64,000 nucleotides of DNA from Flavobacteriales bacterium (GTDB lineage Bacteria; Bacteroidota; Bacteroidia; Flavobacteriales_F; PHOS-HE28), in the NCBI GenBank assembly GCA_046306055.1, contig JBKDXR010000016.1:6132-70131 (forward strand). Reading direction: 5' to 3'. Each line of letters begins with the position of its first letter. Within the stretch, counting starts at the first letter, position 1. This document shows positions 19,148 through 28,414 of this stretch, piece by piece. Under the pieces are notes generated by a model, which made no database searches, had not been told where the DNA came from, and saw nothing but the letters and a program-made list of their open reading frames with translations. Position numbers and translations under genes: made by a program.

Positions 19148-20434
19148 ATGAAGAACGTGGCTTGGATATCAGCAGAGGAGGCGGTGCGCTTGGTGAATTC
19201 CAGGGATCGGGTCTTCATCCATGGTAGTGCCGCCACTCCGGTACGACTCGTGCGCGCCCTGCTGGACCGCCACACGGAACTGCACGATGTGGAGCTGGTG
19301 AGCATAAGCACCTTCGGCGAACTCGGCTTCGAACGGCCCGAGGTGCAGCGCGCCTTCTTCCTCAACGCCCTCTTCGTGTCGGCAAACATGCGCTCCACCG
19401 TTGATGGTCCACGGGGCGATTACATCCCGGTGTTCCTGAGCGAGATCCCCCGCCTCTTCGAGCAGGGCGTCCTTCCGGTGGATGTGGCCCTGGTGCATGT
19501 CTCCCCGCCGGACCGCCATGGTTTTTGTTCGTTGGGCGTATCCGTTGATGTGGCCCGCTCGGCGGTGCGCAACGCCCGGACAGTGATCGCCCAGGTGAAC
19601 CCCAACATGCCGCGTACACTGGGCGACGGGCAGGTGCACGTCTCCCGCCTTGCGGCCATGGTACAGGTGGATGATGCCCTGCCCGAGGTGGACTATGCGG
19701 GCGCCATCGGACCCACCGAGGAGCGCATTGCCCGCTACATCAGCGAGATGGTGGATGATGGCGCCACCCTGCAGATGGGCATCGGTGCGATCCCGGATGC
19801 CATCCTGCGCGGGCTGGGCGGTCACAAGGACCTCGGGGTGCATACCGAGATGTGCTCCAACGGCATCATCGACCTTGTGGAGCGCGGCGTCATCACCAAC
19901 AAGTTCAAGAAGAAACAGCGGGGCAAGATCGCGACGGCCTTCGCCTTCGGCACCCGGCGTCTCTACGACCTGGTGGATGACAACCCCTTCTTCGCATTCC
20001 TCGATGCCCAGTACGTGAACGATACGAAGGTGATCCGCGAGAACCCCAAGGTGGTGGCCGTGAACAGCGCCATCGAGGTGGACCTTACCGGCCAGGTGTG
20101 CGCCGACAGCATCGGCACCTACCAGTTCAGCGGCGTGGGCGGGCAGATGGACTTCATACGTGGTGCCGCCCTGAGCGAAGGGGGCAAGCCGATCATCGCC
20201 CTGTGCTCCACCACCAACAAGGGCCAGAGCAAGATCGTGCCCTTCCTCAAGGAGGGAGCCGGCGTGGTGACCACCCGAGCCCACGTGCACTACGTGGTGA
20301 CCGAGCATGGCGTGGCCTATCTCTACGGCAAGAATCTGCAACAGCGGGCCAGGGCCCTGATCGGCATCGCAGCACCGGAGCACCAAGAGGAACTGGAAAG
20401 GGCGTACAGGGAGCGGTTCGAGCGCAGCACCTGA
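19148..20434 (+). CDS. acetyl-CoA hydrolase/transferase family protein (4-hydroxybutyrate/succinyl-CoA:acetate CoA-transferase-like)
   Basis: 429 aa from MKNVAWISAEEAV; conserved family blocks GIGAIPDAIL, EMCSNGIIDLVERGVITN, GQVCADSIGTYQFSGVGGQMDFIRGA. Confidence 0.85.
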   Translation: MKNVAWISAEEAVRLVNSRDRVFIHGSAATPVRLVRALLDRHTELHDVELVSISTFGELGFERPEVQRAFFLNALFVSANMRSTVDGPRGDYIPVFLSEIPRLFEQGVLPVDVALVHVSPPDRHGFCSLGVSVDVARSAVRNARTVIAQVNPNMPRTLGDGQVHVSRLAAMVQVDDALPEVDYAGAIGPTEERIARYISEMVDDGATLQMGIGAIPDAILRGLGGHKDLGVHTEMCSNGIIDLVERGVITNKFKKKQRGKIATAFAFGTRRLYDLVDDNPFFAFLDAQYVNDTKVIRENPKVVAVNSAIEVDLTGQVCADSIGTYQFSGVGGQMDFIRGAALSEGGKPIIALCSTTNKGQSKIVPFLKEGAGVVTTRAHVHYVVTEHGVAYLYGKNLQQRARALIGIAAPEHQEELERAYRERFERST

Positions 20435-20448
20435 GCGACAGCACCCCC

Positions 20449-22884
20449 CTACCGCAGCAGCGTCAGCGATCCCGTGAAGCGGTAGCTCCGGCCATCGCCC
20501 CCCTGCGCCTCCAGCACAAAATAGTAAGTGCCGCTGGGTGTCAGCTCGCCGGCATCGGTGCGCCCGTCCCAGGACTGGTCTGGTGCACGCAACTGGGCCA
20601 CCTGTTGCCCCCATCGGTTGAAGATCTGCGCATCGAGGCTGGAAAGGCCCACCGACCTCACGCCCCAGGTGTCGTTCTGGCCATCACCATTGGGGCTGAA
20701 CACGTTGGGCACGAAGATGTCGCTCACCACCACGGGGCTGTTCACCACCACCAGCAGGGTATCGCTATCGCTGCAGCCGTTGGCCGTTGCGGTCATCACC
20801 ACGGTGTAGATGCCGGGGTCGGTATAGACATGATCCGTGGTCGCACCGGTAAAGGCGGTGCCATCGCCCAGGTCCCATTGGAACGCGGCATCCGGAGGCG
20901 TCGACGTGTTGGTGAACAGCACCTCCAGGGGCGGATCGCCCACAAGTGGATCGCCACCGATGTCGGCCACCACGGTGGTCTCCACAACGGTGATCGAGGC
21001 ATTGTCCGTACCACAACCGCTCACTTCCACGGTGTAGGTGCCTCCGGCCGTGACCGTGATGCTTGGCGTGGTGGCCCCGGTGCTCCACAGGTATGCGGTG
21101 CCGCCGCTGGCGGTGAGCACAACGGGGGCGCCGGTGCATAGCGCATCAGGTCCGCTGATCTCCGCCTGGGTGGGCACCGGCTGGATGGTGGTGCTGGCCG
21201 AGGCCGTGCAGCCGTTGGCATCCGTTATGGTGACCTGGTAGCTGCCTTCCGCAAGGCCGGTGGCGGTGAGGGCCGTGCCCCCCGCAGGCGACCACAACTG
21301 CGTGTAGGGCGCGGTACCCCCGGAGGCCTGCACGGTGGCCGTGCCATCGGCGCCGCCGCAGGTGGTGGGCGTGGTGCCAGTGATGGTGGCCGACAGGGGT
21401 GGAGGCTGCGTGATCAGTACCTGGAAGCTGCCCGTGCAACCCTCGGCATCGGTGGCTGTCACCGTGTAATTGCCCGCGACCAGACCGCTCTGCTGCGGTC
21501 CTTGCAGGGCGCCGGGCGACCAGGTGAACGTGTAGGGCCCGGCGCCACCGGTGGCCTGTACCGTGGCGCTGCCGGTGCTGGCTCCATGACAGGCCACGTT
21601 GGTGCTTTGCACCAAGGTCACGATGATGTCCGGGCAGTTCGGGCAAGGCGCCAGGCCGGCGGGAGAGGCGATCTCCAGGGTGCTGCCCGCAGCATCCACC
21701 ACCCGCACCGGCAAAGTCGCGGGCGGGAGGATGCTGGCGCCGGTGGCGAAGGTGGTCCAGGTGGTGACGTTCACCGCGCAGCCCGGAGGGAGGAAGCAGG
21801 CGAAGAGGCAGGCGCTGCAATCCTGCGTGGTGGTCTGCTGCTGCCAGGTGTACGGCGCCAGCCCGTTGCTCACGTTCCAGCTGCCGTCGGCACCGATGCA
21901 CACCTCCATGGGTGCGCAGTTGCTCACGGCGATGACCACCGTGTCGCTGCCGCAGGGCAGGGTGTGCACCACGCTGTGCAGGCCGGGGCCCGCGAGTGCC
22001 GGGTCGAAGGCGCCGGCGTTGGGGGCACTGATGCCGGGGCCGCTCCAGGTGCCGCCGGGCGTGGCGGGCTGCAGCAGCACCGGCGCATCGGTGGTGCACA
22101 GCGGGGCCACGGGGGCGAACTCGGCGTTGCAGCAGGGCTGCGGCACCACGCTCACATCATCCACGAAGTAGTACGCGTAGGGGTTGAGGGCGGCCTCGTT
22201 CGCGCAGTTGTACGTGGTGGTGGCGTCAGCCCGGAAATTGCCGATGGTGATGTACTGCTCGCCGCCGGTGGCGGTGTAGTTCCACTGCAGGCGCTGCCAT
22301 TCTTCGGTATCGGTCACCTCCGGTCCGCTGTATTCCAATTGGGGCGTCACCGGCAGCACCGAAGAACCGCCGATGGTGGCGCAGCTCACGTTGAGCGGGA
22401 CAGAGGAGAAGTGTACCCCGATGTTGGGCGAGGAGAACTTCACATTGTCCGCAAGGCTCACATGGAACTCCACACAGTAGGTCTGACCGGCCACCATGGG
22501 CTGGGTGAGGCTGCCGTGGAGGTATTCGCGCCACCCGCTGCCGAAGAGGGTCTGGCAGCCCAGCAGGGCAAAGCCTTCGTATACGATGATGCCTGCATAC
22601 CCATCACCGGTGCGCGCCGGCTGGCTGCCCAGGATGTTGTTGGGCACCCCGACCCCGAATGCGCCAAAAGGGCTGCACGCATTATAGAGATCGGAGGTGG
22701 AGCAGGTGTCGCCCACCAGGTTCAGGAACGGATCGCGCCAGGGGGCGGCCTTGTCCAGTTCGCTCGGGCCCAGTGGGCAGGAGGTCACGGTCTCGAAGCT
22801 GGGGTTCACCACCAGGTTCTGCGCCCCTGCGAACAGGGGGAGGACCAGCGCGACCAGCGGTAGCAGGCGGAAAGGGGTGTTCAT
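20449..22884 (-). CDS. secreted T9SS substrate with SprB repeats, PKD domain and gliding-motility (type B) C-terminal domain
   Basis: start at MNTPFRLLPLVALVLPLFAGAQ (ATG 22884-22882); PKD motif FQWDLGDGTAF...HVYTDPGIYTVVMTATANGCSD; C-terminal IFVPNVFSPNGDGQNDTW...IFNRWGQQV. Confidence 0.85.
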   Translation of the reverse strand: MNTPFRLLPLVALVLPLFAGAQNLVVNPSFETVTSCPLGPSELDKAAPWRDPFLNLVGDTCSTSDLYNACSPFGAFGVGVPNNILGSQPARTGDGYAGIIVYEGFALLGCQTLFGSGWREYLHGSLTQPMVAGQTYCVEFHVSLADNVKFSSPNIGVHFSSVPLNVSCATIGGSSVLPVTPQLEYSGPEVTDTEEWQRLQWNYTATGGEQYITIGNFRADATTTYNCANEAALNPYAYYFVDDVSVVPQPCCNAEFAPVAPLCTTDAPVLLQPATPGGTWSGPGISAPNAGAFDPALAGPGLHSVVHTLPCGSDTVVIAVSNCAPMEVCIGADGSWNVSNGLAPYTWQQQTTTQDCSACLFACFLPPGCAVNVTTWTTFATGASILPPATLPVRVVDAAGSTLEIASPAGLAPCPNCPDIIVTLVQSTNVACHGASTGSATVQATGGAGPYTFTWSPGALQGPQQSGLVAGNYTVTATDAEGCTGSFQVLITQPPPLSATITGTTPTTCGGADGTATVQASGGTAPYTQLWSPAGGTALTATGLAEGSYQVTITDANGCTASASTTIQPVPTQAEISGPDALCTGAPVVLTASGGTAYLWSTGATTPSITVTAGGTYTVEVSGCGTDNASITVVETTVVADIGGDPLVGDPPLEVLFTNTSTPPDAAFQWDLGDGTAFTGATTDHVYTDPGIYTVVMTATANGCSDSDTLLVVVNSPVVVSDIFVPNVFSPNGDGQNDTWGVRSVGLSSLDAQIFNRWGQQVAQLRAPDQSWDGRTDAGELTPSGTYYFVLEAQGGDGRSYRFTGSLTLLR

Positions 22885-23011
22885 CGGTCGGAAAAGCCGT
22901 TCGTAGCCTTCCAAATGTAAACGAAAGGCCGTCGCGACCGCATGCCTTGTGGGCCGCCCCGGAACAGGACGGTGGACGACCTGCCAGCCTGCGGTTCCGT
23001 ATCCTTGATGC

Positions 23012-23308
23012 ATGAAACGCTACACCGCCTCCCGCCTCACGGCCGGGAACCGGCTCTTCCCTGCGCAGTTGGTGATCGACGACATGGGCGTGACCCTGCG
23101 CCAGCCCTCGCTGTTCAGCGGGAAGGAGACCTCCATTCCCTACACACGCATCGCGTCGGTGAACATCAGCTGCCCGGCGGTGGGCTATTCCAGCATCCAC
23201 ATCCACACCACGGGCGAGGGGATGATCAACGTGCACGGCTTCCTGCGCAGGGAGGTGGAAGAGATGAAGCGGACGCTGCTGGCCCGCATCAACGAGACCG
23301 AGCGGTGA
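23012..23308 (+). CDS. small hypothetical protein (98 aa, PH-like?)
   Basis: intact ORF divergent from the T9SS gene; no recognised motif. Confidence 0.4.
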   Translation: MKRYTASRLTAGNRLFPAQLVIDDMGVTLRQPSLFSGKETSIPYTRIASVNISCPAVGYSSIHIHTTGEGMINVHGFLRREVEEMKRTLLARINETER

Positions 23309-23759
23309 GGCTCCCGGCAGGGCGTGCGACCCCGCGTGAGCGGGCGTAGCGGCAGCCGACCGCAGGAGAAGCGATGGTGCCGCCCGAGCGAGGAGGCTGC
23401 GACGCAGGAGCAGACCCCGGAGCCGGTGCGGCACCCGCTGAGCCAAGGACGCTAAAGCGCAGCACGCGACGGCGCCTGCCACCTACGTTCTCCCAACGGT
23501 AAAGGCTCCAGGCGCCGGCACGCCCCTCACTTCGCCCTGTGCGTGATGACCGCACCTATCGCGAAGACCAGATGATCGGTCGATCAGACCATAGGCGCCG
23601 GCCTTATCGTTCTCCGGCCATGTCGCGATCCCGATGCGCCCCTCGTGCAGCACAGGCCGACACTCGGTCCATCTCATTGCCCGATCTTCTGATCCACACG
23701 TCCCCTGAACCTTCCCCCCGTTACATTTGTTCTTCCCCATGTCACCAGACCGAACGTCC

Positions 23760-25706
23760 ATGAGCCAGCCCACGCCCTCCTACCCGCTCCTGGAGCGCAT
23801 CACGCTTCCGGCCGACCTGCGTGCCCTGCCTGAGGAGCAACTGCAGCAGGTCTGCACCGAGCTGCGCGACTTCATCATCGACGTGGTGAGCGTGAAGGGT
23901 GGCCACTTCGGCGCCAGCCTCGGCGTGGTGGAACTGACCGTGGCCCTGCACTACGTGTTCAACACCCCCTACGACCAGCTGGTGTGGGATGTGGGTCACC
24001 AGGCCTACGGGCACAAGATCCTCACCGGCCGCCGCGAGGTGTTCCATACCAACCGCATCTACAAGGGCCTCAGCGGCTTCCCCAAGCGCAGCGAGAGCAC
24101 CTACGACACCTTCGGCGTGGGGCATAGCAGCACCAGCATCGGTGGCGCGCTGGGCATGGCCGTGGCCAGCAGGCTGAAAGGTGAGCAGGACCGCCAGTGC
24201 GTGGCCATCATCGGCGATGGTGCCATGACCGCCGGCCAGGCCTTCGAAGCGCTGAACCATGCGGGCGGCGCCGGCACGGACATGCTGGTGGTGCTCAACG
24301 ACAACTGCATGAGCATCGACCCGAACGTGGGCGCGCTCAAGGAATATCTGACCGACATCGCCACCAGCCACACCTACAACAAGGTGAAGGACGAGGTGTG
24401 GAACCTGCTGGGCAAGGTGAGCAAGTTCGGCCCCAACGCGCAGGCCATCGTGCAGAAGGTGGAGCATGCCGTGAAGGGCGCACTGCTCAAGCAGAGCAAC
24501 CTCTTCGAAAGCCTCAACTTCCGCTACTTCGGCCCGGTGGACGGACACGATGTGGACCACCTGGTGAAGGTGCTGAAGGACCTGCGCGACATCCCCGGTC
24601 CGAAGATCCTGCACACGATCACCAAGAAGGGTAAGGGCTACGGACCTGCTGAAGCAGGCAGCCCCACGGTGTGGCACGCTCCGGGCCTCTTCAACAAGGA
24701 GACCGGCGAGATCATCAAGGTGGTGCCCAAGAGCCCGCAGCCACCGAAGTACCAGGACGTATTCGGCCACAGCATCGTGGAGCTGGCCGAGAAGAACCCG
24801 AAGATCGTAGGGGTGACCCCCGCCATGCCTTCGGGCTGCTCGCTCAACATCATGATGAAGGCCATGCCCGATCGCGCTTTTGACGTGGGCATCGCCGAGC
24901 AGCATGCCGTTACGTTCAGCGCCGGGATGGCCACGCAGGGCCTGGTGCCCTTCTGCAACATTTATAGCTCGTTCATGCAGCGGGCCTACGACCAGGTGGT
25001 GCACGATGTGGCGCTCCAGAACCTCAATGTGGTATTCTGCTTGGACCGCGGCGGTCTGGCCGGTGCCGACGGCCCCACACACCACGGCAACTTCGACTTC
25101 GCCTACTTCCGCTGCATCCCCAACATGGTGGTGAGCGCGCCGATGAACGAAGAGGAATTGCGCGACCTGATGTACACCGCCCAGCTGCCGGACCAAGGCC
25201 CCTTCAGCATCCGCTACCCGCGCGGCGAGGGCGTGATGACCGAGTGGAAGACGCCCTTCAAGGCGATCAAGGTGGGCACGGGCCGCAAGCTGCGCTCCGG
25301 CACCGACATCGCAGTGCTCAGCATCGGTCACATCGGCAACCTGGCCGCCAAGGGCATCGACGCACTGGAGGCAGAAGGCTACAGCGTGGCGCACTACGAC
25401 ATGCGATTCGTGAAGCCCATCGACGAGCTGCTGCTGCACGAAGTGTTCAGCAAGTTCAAGCACGTGGTCACCGTGGAGGACCACGGCCTGCAGGGTGGCA
25501 TGGGCAGCGCAGTGCTGGAGTTCATGGGCGACCACGGATACGCCGCCCACGTGAAGCGCCTGGCGATCCCCGACAAGTTCATCGAACACGGCACACAGGC
25601 GGAACTCTACCGCGAATGCGGCATCGATGCCATCGCGGTGGTGGAGGCGGTGAAGGAACTTCTTGGTGAGAAGGGTGCGAAGAAGGAGGTGAGGGTGAGC
25701 GCGTGA
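23760..25706 (+). CDS. dxs: 1-deoxy-D-xylulose-5-phosphate synthase
   Basis: TPP-binding GDGAxT motif (IIGDGAMTAGQAFEALNHAG) and full-length Dxs architecture; start aligned on MSQPTPSYPLLERI (alternative upstream starts at 23727/23739); last 16 codons lie beyond the 119-bp repeat. Confidence 0.95.
   Translation: MSQPTPSYPLLERITLPADLRALPEEQLQQVCTELRDFIIDVVSVKGGHFGASLGVVELTVALHYVFNTPYDQLVWDVGHQAYGHKILTGRREVFHTNRIYKGLSGFPKRSESTYDTFGVGHSSTSIGGALGMAVASRLKGEQDRQCVAIIGDGAMTAGQAFEALNHAGGAGTDMLVVLNDNCMSIDPNVGALKEYLTDIATSHTYNKVKDEVWNLLGKVSKFGPNAQAIVQKVEHAVKGALLKQSNLFESLNFRYFGPVDGHDVDHLVKVLKDLRDIPGPKILHTITKKGKGYGPAEAGSPTVWHAPGLFNKETGEIIKVVPKSPQPPKYQDVFGHSIVELAEKNPKIVGVTPAMPSGCSLNIMMKAMPDRAFDVGIAEQHAVTFSAGMATQGLVPFCNIYSSFMQRAYDQVVHDVALQNLNVVFCLDRGGLAGADGPTHHGNFDFAYFRCIPNMVVSAPMNEEELRDLMYTAQLPDQGPFSIRYPRGEGVMTEWKTPFKAIKVGTGRKLRSGTDIAVLSIGHIGNLAAKGIDALEAEGYSVAHYDMRFVKPIDELLLHEVFSKFKHVVTVEDHGLQGGMGSAVLEFMGDHGYAAHVKRLAIPDKFIEHGTQAELYRECGIDAIAVVEAVKELLGEKGAKKEVRVSA
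25539..25657. repeat. 119-bp direct repeat, copy 1 (inside dxs 3' end)
   Basis: identical base-for-base to 33002-33120. Confidence 0.95.
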
Positions 25707-25727
25707 GTGGTGCGCTTTCCCCGTTGG

Positions 25728-26684
25728 TCATTCCTTTTTCACGTCCAACAGTTGAGATAGCTTTGCGTACTTAAGGTCTTTTTGGGCGGCCTTCGTGGAA
25801 CCGTACCCCTCTGGACTAACCGCCCACCGATAGAGAGCTTCTCTGTATTCGAATTCCATCTTGGCAAGGGTTGCCCCACGCCTGAAATTGTAGGCTGAAG
25901 CGCTCGGTGCTGACCCTGAGGTTCTGTTGAATCTTTCGAAGCCGCGCTTCGCATAGCCAAATGGATCCTTGTCCTCGTTGATCAAAGCCTGCTGCAGGAG
26001 GACCGCGATCTTCTCGAGATCTCGATAGTTCCCTGCCAATGGCAAGCTGTCGAGCCATGTATTGAAAGCTGAGGCATCGACCGGGATGGACTGCTTGAAG
26101 AGCATGTTCTTCCAGACAGTAGCGAAGGCTGCTGAGGGTTTCACCTCTTGCTCTTGCACCGAAGGCAGATACAATCCGAGCTGATTGATGCGGTCGAAGA
26201 GGTCCGGCAGAAGCATCTTCTCCAACTCCTCAACAGTCCTATTGGAAGCGAAGACGGGTTGAAAGCGCGCGAATTCTTCGCTATCCGACCCTACCCGGCG
26301 GAAGCGATACCATCCGTGCGTGCCCTTGTGATTAACTGTTTGCAGGGCCGTCATGAGCTTCTCCTGCACCCGCTTATTGAGGTTGTGGATCTCATCGAAG
26401 AAGAGCATGCCGGATTTGTTTGCTTCATGGAACAAGCCGGACTTATTGGAGACCGCCCCTGTGAACGCACCTTTTACGTGACCGAATAGCTCACTGAGCG
26501 CCATGGTGTCCCCTTCGACACTTGCACAGTTGAAGTATGTGGGTGGTCCTTTTAGCACCTTTTCACCGACCTCGTTGATCATCTTGGACTTCCCGATACC
26601 ACGGGCTCCGAGCACTAGGACTGAGAATCGGCCGGGGTTCTTGAAGAAGCTCTCCAGTTCGGCTTCTATTTTGTTAATGGGCAT
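25728..26684 (-). CDS. sigma54-interaction-domain AAA+ ATPase (bEBP-like, no receiver domain)
   Basis: Walker A GARGIGKS; GAFTGA loop in HVKGAFTGAVSNKSGLFHEANKSGMLFFDEIHNL; LAGNYRDLEKI matching the bEBP WPGNVRELEN box; possible degenerate C-terminal HTH (GSTKAAQKDLKYAKLSQLL); start at MPINKIEAEL (ATG 26684-26682). Confidence 0.8.
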   Translation of the reverse strand: MPINKIEAELESFFKNPGRFSVLVLGARGIGKSKMINEVGEKVLKGPPTYFNCASVEGDTMALSELFGHVKGAFTGAVSNKSGLFHEANKSGMLFFDEIHNLNKRVQEKLMTALQTVNHKGTHGWYRFRRVGSDSEEFARFQPVFASNRTVEELEKMLLPDLFDRINQLGLYLPSVQEQEVKPSAAFATVWKNMLFKQSIPVDASAFNTWLDSLPLAGNYRDLEKIAVLLQQALINEDKDPFGYAKRGFERFNRTSGSAPSASAYNFRRGATLAKMEFEYREALYRWAVSPEGYGSTKAAQKDLKYAKLSQLLDVKKE

Positions 26685-26703
26685 GATGTAAATATATCGT
26701 AGT

Positions 26704-26718
26704 GATGATAATATCATC
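26704..26718. promoter_or_regulatory. 15-bp palindrome gatgat-aat-atcatc in the divergent intergenic region (candidate UAS/operator)
   Basis: near-perfect dyad ~80-90 bp upstream of the sigma54-like element at 26799 and just upstream of the ATPase start. Confidence 0.35.
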
Positions 26719-26798
26719 TCGATAGATTTTCCGCCAAATGGCATAAGCCGCTCAAATCCAACAGACTATCTATGGCTCACGTGTTGGACGAAAGGTCT

Positions 26799-26812
26799 TG
26801 GCACGGCTTTGC
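26799..26812 (+). promoter_or_regulatory. sigma54-like -24/-12 element (TGGCAC-N4-TTGC; spacing one nt shorter than consensus)
   Basis: tggcacggctttgc about 30 nt upstream of the DUF4258 ATG and beside a bEBP-type ATPase gene; GG-N9-GC rather than the canonical GG-N10-GC. Confidence 0.3.
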
Positions 26813-26843
26813 TAATAGGAGGGTGCAACAAGTTCCCCAGCCC

Positions 26844-27137
26844 ATGCAACCCCACATCATCGTCCCCAGCCTGCACGCCGTGCAACGAGCCTACGAGCGT
26901 GGTATCACCACACCCATGATCCAAGACACCCTTCGGTGGGGGAAGAAACTCCACCGCCAAGGGCTGCGCTTCTTCGTCATGCTTCGCTGCTGCATCCCAC
27001 CCGGCTTGGATGAACGCTATGCGAAGCAATTGGTGAATGTGACCGTGGTGCTCGGCGGTGATGAGACCATCGTCACGGTGTACCGCAACCCGAAGGCTAT
27101 AGCCCACATCAAGCGCAAACCCAAGCGACTCCTATGA
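26844..27137 (+). CDS. DUF4258-family small protein (RelE/toxin-like fold)
   Basis: MQPHIIVPSLHAVQRAYERGIT matches the H-A-x-x-R-M-x-E-R-G-I signature of DUF4258; stop overlaps the next ATG (ATGA); an upstream in-frame ATG at 26772 is possible. Confidence 0.6.
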   Translation: MQPHIIVPSLHAVQRAYERGITTPMIQDTLRWGKKLHRQGLRFFVMLRCCIPPGLDERYAKQLVNVTVVLGGDETIVTVYRNPKAIAHIKRKPKRLL

Positions 27138-28414
27138 GGATCCTCAAGATCATCCATGGCTACCCTCCACTGTATAGCGCAGGGTCGGAGGTCTACAGCC
27201 AGAGCACCTGTGACCAGCTCGCGAAACATCACGAGGTGCTGGTGTTCACCCGCGAGGAGAATCCTTTCGCGCCAGACTTTTCGTTGCGGCGCGTAAAGGG
27301 GGAGAGCGGACCCAAGCGCGTCCTGGTGAACATGCCGCGCGGCAAGGATGGGTATCGCCACAAGGAGTTGGACGAGCGCTTCGCCGAGGTGCTCCGTTCG
27401 TTCGGTCCGGATGTGGCGCACATTAGCCATCTCAATCATCTGTCCACCGGCATCGTGGATGTGCTCAAGGAGGCTGGCATTCCCATCGTGTTCACCCTGC
27501 ACGACTTCTGGCTGATGTGCCCGCGCGGGCAGTTCTTGCAGCGCAATTTCGGAGGAGGTGTGGTGCATGCCCTGTGCGATGGCCAGGAGGACCGCAAGTG
27601 CGCCACATCGTGTTACGCATCCCTGATGTCCGGTGAAGAAGGCCAACATGAGCGTGACGAAGACTATTGGACAGCATGGATCCACCAGCGCATGCGCGCG
27701 TCCAAGCGCCTCTCTGAAAGCGTGGACCGGTTCATCGCCCCATCGCGCTACCTTATGGATCGCTTCATCCGCGACTTCGGACTGCCCGCTGAGAAGGTCA
27801 TGCACCTGGACTATGGCTTTCCGGTCCACTACCTGACGCCATCAGTGAAACGCACACCATCCGACAAGTACCGCTTCGGCTACATCGGCACGCACATCCC
27901 GGCAAAAGGGGTCAACCTGCTTCTTGAAGCATTCGATGGGTTGGGCGATGCGGCCGAGTTACACATTTGGGGCGCCAAGGATGAGCAAAGCACCCGAGCG
28001 TTGCGGAGCATGGCGGACGGCAAAGTCGGAATCCACTTCCATGGTCCGTATGTCAATCACAACCTGGCCAACGAGGTTTTCGCAGTAGTGGACTGCATTG
28101 TGGTGCCGTCCATCTGGATGGAGAACTCACCCTTGGTGATCCACGAGGCCCAGGCCTGTCATATCCCCGTGATCACAGCGAACGCCGGGGGTATGGCCGA
28201 GTATGTAGCGCACCAGGTGAACGGTCTGCTTTTCCAGCATCGCTCGGCGGTCGACCTGCGCCATTGGATGCGCTGGGCGGTGGAGCATCCACATACCATG
28301 AAGCAACTCGGCGAGCGCGGCTATCTCCATGTGGCTGACGGTGCCATTCCGGACATCGAAGAGCACTGCAAGGCACTCGAAAACATGTACACCAACCTCA
28401 TTAGCAGACCATGA
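27134..28414 (+). CDS. glycosyltransferase family 4 (GT-B, group 1)
   Basis: 426 aa; C-terminal E-x7-E motif (ENSPLVIHE) and GT4 Rossmann repeats; 4-nt overlaps at both ends. Confidence 0.8.
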   Translation: MRILKIIHGYPPLYSAGSEVYSQSTCDQLAKHHEVLVFTREENPFAPDFSLRRVKGESGPKRVLVNMPRGKDGYRHKELDERFAEVLRSFGPDVAHISHLNHLSTGIVDVLKEAGIPIVFTLHDFWLMCPRGQFLQRNFGGGVVHALCDGQEDRKCATSCYASLMSGEEGQHERDEDYWTAWIHQRMRASKRLSESVDRFIAPSRYLMDRFIRDFGLPAEKVMHLDYGFPVHYLTPSVKRTPSDKYRFGYIGTHIPAKGVNLLLEAFDGLGDAAELHIWGAKDEQSTRALRSMADGKVGIHFHGPYVNHNLANEVFAVVDCIVVPSIWMENSPLVIHEAQACHIPVITANAGGMAEYVAHQVNGLLFQHRSAVDLRHWMRWAVEHPHTMKQLGERGYLHVADGAIPDIEEHCKALENMYTNLISRP

